A DNA stretch of 64,000 bases, taken from positions 96,001 through 160,000 of the forward strand of contig JBDRCO010000113.1 of NCBI GenBank assembly GCA_043821645.1, written 5' to 3'. Of this stretch, positions 49,201 through 56,370 are shown piece after piece. A program made the position numbers and the translations under genes. Each line of letters begins with the position of its first letter. Within the stretch, counting starts at the first letter, position 1. Source of the stretch: Pseudomonadota bacterium. Its GTDB lineage: Bacteria > Myxococcota > JACRCW01 > JAFGSX01. Below the pieces are notes generated by a model. It was given only the letters and a program-made list of their open reading frames with translations. It was not told the DNA's origin and made no database searches.

Positions 49201-49912
49201 CACGGCGATCGAGGATGTGCGGATTGCCTCGGAGGTCGAGCCGGATCACATCAATGTGCTCTACTACCGGGGCCTGGCCCTGCGCGGCAAGGGGGACTAC
49301 AAGAACGCCCTCGCCGTGTTCAAGCAGGGCGAGCAGGTCTCCCCCAAGGACGCGCGCTTCAGCCTGGAGATGGGCCGCACCTACGCGGCAAACGGCGATT
49401 TCCTCGACGCCATCGACTACTTCAAGTCGACCATCTTCAAGGACGAACATTGGGCCCTCGCCTACTTCGAACTGGGCAAGGCCTACATGGAACTTGTGCG
49501 GTACAACACGGCCCGGGAGCAGTTCGATCAGGCCCTGCGGCTGCGGCCCGACTGGGCCGTCGTGCATATGTGGATTGGCGACACCGTGGCCAAGTCCGGA
49601 GACTACCCGACAGCGCTCAAGGAATACCGCGCAGCCATTGCTGGCGATCCCCAGCTGACCGAGGCCCACTGCAAATCGGGCTCCGTGCTCAAGAACAACG
49701 GCAAGCTCAAGGACGCTGAGAAGGACCTGATCAAGTGCCTCAAGGGCAACCCCAAGCATCCCGAGGCACACAAGTGGCTGGGCTACATTTTCAAGGACCT
49801 CAAGCGCAAGCGCGATGCCATCGAGAGCTTCGAGCGCCACCTCAAGTTCAGCCCTGATGATCTCGAGAACGAACTGGTGCGCGACGAGATCCAGACGCTC
49901 AAGAATCGCTGA
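46232..49912 (+). CDS. Zinc-ribbon (MJ0042-type), GYF-like, repeat linker, TM and multi-TPR protein
   Basis: CENC...CPKC; YQVRRRSGRVFGPY...NWKPL; one TM helix; long TPR array. Confidence 0.85.
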   Translation: MRVRCENCQAQYNVDDGRVPPQGVSITCPKCQTTFVVKPGSGIDQAVPLPSSGATPPGFGAVPLPGSTPVFPTGQSAIPLPGRAAPTPAARPAVPFPGAPSTPQFGQGAVPLPGGTPARGGAVPLPAGTGGGSAPAPRASGLSDIFGDTGERAPGTIDSIPSHPFHGDSSVAKAQRRGSLADFIDQQAPSAPTASTLQYQVRRRSGRVFGPYDESTILSMLRKFEFAGNEEASADGHNWKPLSAISVFAEEIQALTAAALGGLGALPSRNDPDLPGLAGVDLPGLPNMDLPGLPNMDLPGLPRADLPGLPNADLPGLSGRDLPGLSNRELPGLRNTAPVVYNPDQHGRGAPSMGPDPMADIGISFSDGQSLSSGSIDHASLAPNDPLAIDLSLSVEDRVRTKGRGPRVKGAREPRDLRSILLFIASTLMIVIIAGGVFLGLATDHGWFGYNWVGKHLIPKDDPNPTDTPVPVPNAVSTANIDEYIARDNHVASAQAVLVLSAQATMTPELAVKSAYVYARMALLDDDRSGVVAGRGALARAGDLAQSPDALFAGAVFDLLEGNCDGAIELLKTEVGADPPKEPKPQLGNLLPLMGLAHSCNKFADPEKANLFVDAALMADPHNQFALWVQARLALRMEDPATAEGYLQKLVEEKPDDARAWLHLAEASLLVKGHEDQARRSFETALTVGASTLAPWQIGRASLGLATLHRDMRQFKEAEDVAGKSFASAGGHPPTLKLIGNFALDLFMYDLAQKVFRRCVEIEPNDREAVVGLARALAGSRNPLEAYEALNRLLKSDPKDAYLTFWMGQIHLAMTKRAQARDLFSKAHTLDPKSAAPLVALVQYELALGDIDGAQRWITKYRDGVAPDQQGEMDLAQSWVHQRLRNFPAAMSSVQKAIDSKWNGTRVQIQKALILIDELHPKEAAPLIRDAYADNPNDPFRINAMALLVIAQGKPKEAVRLLEDALARDKTIATYNLTTALAHIDMGEWDTAIEDVRIASEVEPDHINVLYYRGLALRGKGDYKNALAVFKQGEQVSPKDARFSLEMGRTYAANGDFLDAIDYFKSTIFKDEHWALAYFELGKAYMELVRYNTAREQFDQALRLRPDWAVVHMWIGDTVAKSGDYPTALKEYRAAIAGDPQLTEAHCKSGSVLKNNGKLKDAEKDLIKCLKGNPKHPEAHKWLGYIFKDLKRKRDAIESFERHLKFSPDDLENELVRDEIQTLKNR
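47048..47230 (+). repeat. Coding 24-bp tandem repeat, 8 units of (D/E)LPGLxxx
   Basis: DLPGLAGV-DLPGLPNM-DLPGLPNM-DLPGLPRA-DLPGLPNA-DLPGLSGR-DLPGLSNR-ELPGL, with synonymous divergence between units. Confidence 0.9.
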
Positions 49913-49930
49913 GCACCTGCCGGGCCGCCT

Positions 49931-50731
49931 TCACTCCTCGGGTGGCGGGTCGTAATCCTTGGTCTTGATGGGCTGGTCATCCTTGAACAGGGTCTTTCGC
50001 TGCAGCCCTCCCTGGGGGTACCACTCCACAGCCTCGCCCTGCTTCTTGCCGTCGACATAGTTCATCTCGAGTGACTTCTGGGCGTTGCCAAACCACAGCT
50101 GATATTGGCCGTGCTTGACGCCTTCGCGCACCTGCATGAAGGATTGTTGCACGCCGTCCTCGTACCACTCCTTCACGTCGCCATGCAGCTTGCCTGCGCG
50201 CACAGTGCCCTCGTACTTCTTGTTGCCGTTGGGGTACCACTCCTGGCGCAATCCCTCCTCGATGCCGTTCTTGAATTCCGTCTCCTGGATCTTGGTGCCA
50301 TTGAGAGCCCACACGGTGCGCTTGCCGTTTTCTTTCCCGGCGACGAACGCGGTCGAGAGTTTCTTGGCTCCGTTGTCGTGCCACTCCTGCACGGGTCCGT
50401 CCTCGACACCATCCTTGTACGTGGCCTCGCGCTTCTTGCCGCCCTTCGGGAGCCATTCGACGAAGGCACCTTCTCGCTTGCCCTCGACGTAATTCTCCTC
50501 GAGGGCCAGCATGCCGTCGTCGAACCAGCGGGTGCTGGGTCCGTGCAGGATCTCCTTCTTCAGTCCAAACTCCTCGATGGTTTTCTTGCACACCACGGAG
50601 TTGCCCTTGGGAGGTGGGTCCCCGTACTGCCGCGAGCCCGGCGGGCACAGCGATTTTCCACAGGACAGAACCTGCGGCAGCAGGGCGCTCGCAAACATAA
50701 ATCCGGCGAGAATGTGCAACCTTGTCTTCAC
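49931..50731 (-). CDS. MORN-variant repeat (YwqK-like) lipoprotein
   Basis: GGAGG precedes a GTG start; VLS-C lipobox; about 8 repeats of G-x3-EW(Y/H)-x-NG-x-K. Confidence 0.85.
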   Translation of the reverse strand: MKTRLHILAGFMFASALLPQVLSCGKSLCPPGSRQYGDPPPKGNSVVCKKTIEEFGLKKEILHGPSTRWFDDGMLALEENYVEGKREGAFVEWLPKGGKKREATYKDGVEDGPVQEWHDNGAKKLSTAFVAGKENGKRTVWALNGTKIQETEFKNGIEEGLRQEWYPNGNKKYEGTVRAGKLHGDVKEWYEDGVQQSFMQVREGVKHGQYQLWFGNAQKSLEMNYVDGKKQGEAVEWYPQGGLQRKTLFKDDQPIKTKDYDPPPEE

Positions 50732-50813
50732 GCTCGACCTCCGCTCCCTGGAAAAGTGCTCGGGATCTGGTTTCCGTGGCTGGCCGCGAGTGCCTCGGCC
50801 CGGTCCCCGTGCC

Positions 50814-52121
50814 CTACCCGGCCTCGCCAAGGATCTGGCGATGCGGCCTCAACACGCCGTGCCCGTAGCGGGTCACCACCCCTGGGAGACAGCGCTGCAA
50901 GATGTGCAGGATGGCAGTCTCCCGTGCCTCGTCAAAAGGATAAACGTCGAAAGCCAGTTCATGCTGGCCTGCCCGGGCGCGGAGGGTGAAGGTTCCACCG
51001 CCGGGCCAGTTTCCCAGGATACCCAGATCGCCCTTGCTGTCGAGGATGCATCGTCCCTGCAGCGGCAGCAGGCCCGAGGCCAGCACCCCCTCGAGAGCGC
51101 GGCGCAGCGACGGCTCGGCCAGGGGACGCAGCCCACGCAGCACACACCAGGCATGGGCACGATGCCCCGCGATTCCCGCAAACAGGTCCTGGTCGAAGAT
51201 CGCATTCCCCGGCACCGCCTCGACGCTCCTGGCCGTGCGTTCCAGCACGACCAGGTCGGAGCGGTAGCTGTCGACAGTCCAGTTCTCGTCGAGGTAGCGA
51301 TTGAAATCCGCATGATGCCCGCGCAGCTCGAGGTGCAACTCGCGCCGCACCTCGTCGAAGGTGTCCAGTGCCGCAGGGTGCACACAGCTGATGAGCGTAC
51401 CTCCGGGGCGCAGAGCCGTGATGGCGCGAGAGAGAAAGAGGCGCAGGCAGTTTCGCGTCGACATGGGGTCCGTGAACACGACATCGAAGCAGCCGCGTTC
51501 CCGCAGTGGCCAGCTCCGGGTCAGGTCCCGTTGCACGGCCCGAAGGGGCAACGCGCCGTCGCGGGCGAGATCCCGCAACAGAGGGACGAGCACCTGGCCA
51601 TCGATGTCACAGGCCACCACCGAATGGCCGCTCAGGGCCAGGGGGAGGGATACGAGGTCATCGTCGCCGAGGCAGAGCACCCGCATCCGGTCTCCGGGGC
51701 ACAGGCAGGCGCGCCTCACGGTGGTCTCGGGCAGGCACGGAGTCTGCCCGAAGTCCTGGACCAGGAGCTTGCGCCGGGCAAAAGCGCGCAGGGTCGACCT
51801 GTAGAGGCGTCGCCAGCGCGCATGCGGGCCCGGCCAGGACCAGCGCCACGGCTGACACTGCTGGTCCAGGTGATGCTGCAACACTCCATCGTCGTGACGG
51901 GTCGTCACGGCCAGGAGGCCGCGGCGCACCAGGGGCGCGATCCTGGGGTCGCGAATCCGGCGAGGATCCAGGCCTCTCCACAACTGGATCAGAAGCCTGC
52001 GCTGCTCCGCCCCCAGGTCTGCTCCCAGGGGCATGCTCAGGTGGCGCAGGTGGCTGGGCGTGTCGTCGAGGGAAAGCTCGGCGACCACACCGTCGGCCAG
52101 GGTCAGGAGGCGCTGGGCCAT
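50814..52121 (-). CDS. Branched-chain polyamine synthase (BpsA/DUF43)-like aminopropyltransferase with C-terminal extension
   Basis: FGQTPCLPETTVRR, LCLGDDDLVSL, ACDID, FDVVFTDP and LFLSRAITALRPGG parallel the BpsA motifs. GGAG precedes the ATG at 52121. Confidence 0.78.
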   Translation of the reverse strand: MAQRLLTLADGVVAELSLDDTPSHLRHLSMPLGADLGAEQRRLLIQLWRGLDPRRIRDPRIAPLVRRGLLAVTTRHDDGVLQHHLDQQCQPWRWSWPGPHARWRRLYRSTLRAFARRKLLVQDFGQTPCLPETTVRRACLCPGDRMRVLCLGDDDLVSLPLALSGHSVVACDIDGQVLVPLLRDLARDGALPLRAVQRDLTRSWPLRERGCFDVVFTDPMSTRNCLRLFLSRAITALRPGGTLISCVHPAALDTFDEVRRELHLELRGHHADFNRYLDENWTVDSYRSDLVVLERTARSVEAVPGNAIFDQDLFAGIAGHRAHAWCVLRGLRPLAEPSLRRALEGVLASGLLPLQGRCILDSKGDLGILGNWPGGGTFTLRARAGQHELAFDVYPFDEARETAILHILQRCLPGVVTRYGHGVLRPHRQILGEAG

Positions 52122-52324
52122 TGTCTCGACTCCGCGGCTCAGGCTCCCATGCACAGTTTATTGAGGCAAGCCAGGGTGCGGTCCCTGCTTGAGCCCGCGC
52201 ATCGATAGGCTATATTTGGGCCGCTCTTCGCGGCGCGGCAAGTGTCGGTCCATGGCGCGGAGGGCAACGAACGCGCGCCGACCTGGCGCAGACCGCGCCG
52301 GCAGGGCGCACAGAGGGGTTCACG

Positions 52325-52609
52325 ATGGCACACATCCTCATCGAGAAGAGCCACACCTTGCCCATCGAGCAGGTCAAGAAGATGCTCGAGGAGACCTTCA
52401 TGGAGGACCTCGAGGATTTCGACATCTTCGCGGACTGGAACGGCAACGTCTGCGAGCTCAAGGGCAAGGGCGCTCATGGCGCATTCCGGGTGGATGCGAG
52501 CAAGGTCGTGTTCGAACTCACGACTTCGATCCTCTCCCGCACCGGCGGCACAGACCCCGCCGTCATCGAGGAGGAAGTGCGCAGCCGCCTGCAGAAGCTG
52601 CTTCACTAG
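52325..52609 (+). CDS. Polyhydroxyalkanoic-acid-system (PHA granule region) family-like small protein
   Basis: MAHILIEKSHTL...W-x-GN...KGKGAHG...IEEEVRSRLQKLL pattern; GAGG RBS. Confidence 0.65.
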   Translation: MAHILIEKSHTLPIEQVKKMLEETFMEDLEDFDIFADWNGNVCELKGKGAHGAFRVDASKVVFELTTSILSRTGGTDPAVIEEEVRSRLQKLLH

Positions 52610-53053
52610 ACGACGCGTCTGGCGTCGCGCGCGGCTCCCCGACCGTTGTCATAGCTGCGCGTTCCTGGCCGCCACCATGGTTGCCCGAGGCCTTGTCCTG
52701 AGCGCGGCCCGGGTGGCTGGCCCGCCTCCATCGATGCAGAGCGCGTGCAGCGGCGGGTGGACACCCCCGCCACGGGCTCCCAGCCAGACGGTCACAACGG
52801 CGTCTCCCCTCTCGGTCGAGACCCAGCACAGGTAACACCACGCGGCCACGATCCCGGACGCCCTTGTTCGCTCATGGCGCCGGCTTGCTGATACTCCCTG
52901 ATTCCCCCTCCGCAGCACCGATGGGTCCCCACCCCGGCGACCCGAGTGATTCCGCCGCAGGCTCCACGCCACCTCGGAGGCGAGAAGACCACGGACCATC
53001 TCGCGCAGGTCTTCAAGCTGCCAGCGCAGGTCGATACGCTCGGGCGCTGCCCA

Positions 53054-53140
53054 GGAATCTTCCAGCGATTGTGGAATAGTCTCGACCAAGCTCGAGAATA
53101 TTCTCCAGTCGGGGCACGCAGTTCCGAACTTCGACGGAAC
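53054..53140 (+). promoter_or_regulatory. Candidate enhancer (UAS) sites upstream of the efflux operon
   Basis: GGAATCTTCC (53054), GGAATAGTCTC (53073), perfect palindrome GAGAATATTCTC (53094-53105) and GTTCCG-N8-CGGAAC (53121-53140). Confidence 0.5.
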
Positions 53141-53169
53141 TCACGACCATCTGCAGCTATGTACCGTTC

Positions 53170-53184
53170 TGGCCCGGATCTTGC
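53170..53184 (+). promoter_or_regulatory. sigma54 (-24/-12) promoter of the cusCBA-like operon
   Basis: TGGCCCGGATCTTGC versus consensus TGGCACG-N4-TTGC (one mismatch), 33 bp before the ATG. A sigma54 activator gene follows the operon. Confidence 0.75.
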
Positions 53185-53217
53185 CCCTGGATTCTCGCGA
53201 CCGCGAGGAATGCGACG

Positions 53218-54507
53218 ATGAAATCAACGCACATCACAGCTGCTCTTTTGATGACGGTACTCGGGAATCCGCCTGCCCTGGCCCAGGGGCGCACCCTCGA
53301 CCAGCTCATCGCTCAGGCCCTGCAGGAGAGTCCCGATCTGCGCGCGGTGGAACACGAACGCGACGCCGCCCGGCAGCGCATCCCCCAGGCCGGGACCTGG
53401 ATGGATCCCATGGTGAGCCTGGGCTACCGCAACATGCCCGTGACCTCTCCCTGGCCTGGTGTGGATCCCATGAGCAACATTGAACTGATGGCATCGCAGC
53501 GCTTGCCAGCCCCCGGCAAGACCAGCGCACGTGAGGACGTTGCGCGCAGCAACGTCGACACCCTGGACCGCATGCTCGATGAGAAGAGGGTCGAGCTGGT
53601 GCTTCGTCTGCGCACGCGCCACGCCCAGCTCGCGCTGGTGCGGCAGCTTCGCGAGGTCACACGCAGGCATGTGGCCCTGGTCGAGCAGCTGGTGGCGGTG
53701 GTCAGCGCCAAGCTCGAGGCTGGCAGCATCGGCCAACAGGCACTGCTGCGCGTGATGGTACTCCGCGATCGTCTGCAGGACAGCCTGGCCGACTTCGATC
53801 GCCGTGAGCACGAACTGGTGGCCGAGCTCAACGCGCTGGCCCATCTTCCCGTCGACGATCCCATCGTGACACCCACGCTGCAGGTCGAGGAGATCTCGAC
53901 GGCGCCCGCTCAGCTCGAGCACGAGAGTGCCGAGGGCTCACCCACGCTCAAGCGACTGGACGCTGCTGCGCACACCCAGGACCTGATGGCGCAGCAGGCA
54001 GAGGTCGAGCAGCGGCCCGACGTCGAGCTGTCCCTGGCCTACATGATCCGGCTGCCGTCGCAAAACAGCTCAGGCATGAACATGGTCAGTGCCGGCATCG
54101 CCATGCCACTGCCCTGGTTCTTCAATGCCTCGCGCTGGGGCGCGATGGCCGACGAGAACCGTGCCATGGCGCGTGCCACGCGCAGTCAACGCGACGCCAC
54201 CTGGGATCGTCTTCGCAGCGACCTGGCTGCAGCCGACGCCAGGCTGCGCCGCGCCACGGACAAGTCCCGGACCTATCAGGACAGCCTGGTGCCCTCGGCG
54301 ACGCGGACTCTCGAGTCGACCCTGTCCGCCTACCAGGTGGAGAGGGCCGACTTTGCAGACCTGATCGAGGCCGAGCTGGAGCTGCTGGAACTGGAACGTG
54401 GCCTGTATGAGGCCCGGGCCGACGCTGCGATGGCGCATGCCGAACTGGACGCCCTGCGCGGGCGCCTGGCCACGGCCGCAACGACCCCCGTGGAGAATAG
54501 CCCATGA
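53218..54507 (+). CDS. TolC-family outer-membrane efflux protein (CusC-like)
   Basis: Signal peptide; TLDQLIAQALQESPDL; PDVELSLAY; SAYQVERADFADLIEA; Met-rich loops; first gene of an RND operon. Confidence 0.9.
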   Translation: MKSTHITAALLMTVLGNPPALAQGRTLDQLIAQALQESPDLRAVEHERDAARQRIPQAGTWMDPMVSLGYRNMPVTSPWPGVDPMSNIELMASQRLPAPGKTSAREDVARSNVDTLDRMLDEKRVELVLRLRTRHAQLALVRQLREVTRRHVALVEQLVAVVSAKLEAGSIGQQALLRVMVLRDRLQDSLADFDRREHELVAELNALAHLPVDDPIVTPTLQVEEISTAPAQLEHESAEGSPTLKRLDAAAHTQDLMAQQAEVEQRPDVELSLAYMIRLPSQNSSGMNMVSAGIAMPLPWFFNASRWGAMADENRAMARATRSQRDATWDRLRSDLAAADARLRRATDKSRTYQDSLVPSATRTLESTLSAYQVERADFADLIEAELELLELERGLYEARADAAMAHAELDALRGRLATAATTPVENSP

Positions 54508-56360
54508 AGCCAGGAAACCCGCGGGCGATGTCCCGTATCCCCCGTCGCACCCTGTTGGCCCTGGGCGGGCTGTTGCTGCTGGCCACCGCTGTCGTCATCG
54601 GATGTACGCGCGAAGCTGCCGAGAGCGGGAGCGCCGTGGAGGCAGACTCTCCGACGACGCAGCAGTACTACACCTGCGGCATGCATCCCTGGGTGTTGCT
54701 GCCACATCCCGGCGACTGCCCCATCTGCCACATGAAGCTGACCCCCGTGGACCCGGCCAAGTTCTCGGGCGAGGTCACCATTGACCCCGTCGTGGTGCAG
54801 AACATGGGAGTGCGCGTCGAGCCCGTCACCGAGGGCCCGCTCACCCGCACGATTCGCACCGTGGGGAGCGTGACCTACGACGAGACCCGGGTGCGCGACA
54901 TCAACGTCAAGTTCGGAGGCTGGATCGAGCGTCTGCGAGTCAATTACCTGGGTGCCGACGTGCGCCGTGGCGAGATCCTGTTCTCGGTGTACTCACCCGA
55001 GCTGTACGCGGCGCAGCAGGAGTACCTGGTGGCTCAACGCAGCGCCACGACGACGGGAGGAAAGGGCCCTCTGACCGGTCTGCTCGCCTCCGCCCGCAAG
55101 CGCCTGCAGTACTACGACCTGAGCGAGGCCCAGATCGACGCCCTGCCGGCCCAGGGCGCTCAGAAAGCAGTCCCCATTGTCAGTCCCTATCCCGGTGTCG
55201 TCGTCGAGAAACACGCCAACGAGGGTATGCGCATCGACCCGGGCATGCTGGTCTACCGTATCGCGGACCTGAGCCGGGTCTGGGTCATCGCCACGGTCTA
55301 CGAGTACCAGCTCCCCTTCGTGGCCATGGGACAGCGCGGCACCATGACCCTGGCCTACGCCCCCGGTCGCGTGTACGAGGGCGAGGTCACCTACATCTCG
55401 CCCACCGTCGACGAGCAGGCGCGCGAGGTGAAGGTGAGGCTGGAGTTCACCAACCCCGATGGCTCGCTCAAGCCCGGCATGTTTGCCAGCGTGCACCTCG
55501 AGCGCACCCTCGCCGACAAACGCATACAGGTGCCGCGCGCTGCCGTCATCGACACCGGCGAGCGGCAGATCGCCTTCGTCGCGCACGGCAAGGGTCGCTT
55601 CGAGCCCCGCCCGGTGACCATGGGCATCGAGACTGAGCATGGCCAGGTGGAGATTGTCGAGGGGCTCACTGCGGGCGAGATGGTGGTCACCAGTGGCCAG
55701 TTCCTGCTCGACAGCGAATCGCGGGTCCGCGAGGCCCTGGCCAAGATGATGCGCGACAACCTGGCCTCGGAGCCTGCCGCTGCTCCGGCTACGCCGACCC
55801 TCGAGCTGCCACAGGTCGGTCGCGAGGCCCTGGCGACGAGCATTCGAAGCTACCTGGCGATCCATGATGCCCTGGCGACCGACAAGCTCGACGGTGTCTC
55901 GGCCAGCGCCCGAATGCTGGGTGGCGCGCTCGCCGCGCTCCTCGCGGTCGAGGTTCCGGGTTCACCACACTTCTGGCAGGAGCAGAAGGACGCTTCGAGT
56001 CTGCCGCAGCTCGCCGCCACGCTGATGTCCGCTGGCGACCTGGCCTCGGCCCGGGTGGCCCTGGCGCCACTGAGCGATGCACTGCTTCCCGTGATCGAGA
56101 AGCTGGGAGTGCCCGCGGACCTGGGTTTCTCCGTCGACAAGGTGCACTGCCCCATGTACCGCGCGGACCAGGGCGGTGCGAGCTGGTTGCAGCGTAGTGG
56201 CGAGGCACGCAACCCGTACTACGGGGCTGCCATGCTTGGATGCTTCGACGACCGCTCGGCGCTGTTTATCGCGGGCGCTCCACAGGAATCCTCGCGCTCT
56301 GCTTCACCGACCACCTTGAAGCCGCCAGCTGCCGCAGGCCACACCGGGCACCAGCACTAG
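54504..56360 (+). CDS. cusB: CusB-like RND periplasmic adaptor with heavy-metal-binding domain and DUF3347-like C-terminus
   Basis: YYTCGMHP...CPICHMKL; GWIERL; YSPELYAAQQEYL; LKPGMF; SGQFLLDSES; C-terminal CPMY...ASWLQ...RNPYYGAAMLGC. Confidence 0.88.
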   Translation: MKPGNPRAMSRIPRRTLLALGGLLLLATAVVIGCTREAAESGSAVEADSPTTQQYYTCGMHPWVLLPHPGDCPICHMKLTPVDPAKFSGEVTIDPVVVQNMGVRVEPVTEGPLTRTIRTVGSVTYDETRVRDINVKFGGWIERLRVNYLGADVRRGEILFSVYSPELYAAQQEYLVAQRSATTTGGKGPLTGLLASARKRLQYYDLSEAQIDALPAQGAQKAVPIVSPYPGVVVEKHANEGMRIDPGMLVYRIADLSRVWVIATVYEYQLPFVAMGQRGTMTLAYAPGRVYEGEVTYISPTVDEQAREVKVRLEFTNPDGSLKPGMFASVHLERTLADKRIQVPRAAVIDTGERQIAFVAHGKGRFEPRPVTMGIETEHGQVEIVEGLTAGEMVVTSGQFLLDSESRVREALAKMMRDNLASEPAAAPATPTLELPQVGREALATSIRSYLAIHDALATDKLDGVSASARMLGGALAALLAVEVPGSPHFWQEQKDASSLPQLAATLMSAGDLASARVALAPLSDALLPVIEKLGVPADLGFSVDKVHCPMYRADQGGASWLQRSGEARNPYYGAAMLGCFDDRSALFIAGAPQESSRSASPTTLKPPAAAGHTGHQH

Positions 56361-56370
56361 GAGCCCCCCC

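Noticed and set aside
52649-53089. 146-aa minus-strand ORF in the gap before the efflux operon
   Set aside because: No recognisable motif or good RBS, and it overlaps the candidate enhancer region. A gene remnant cannot be excluded.
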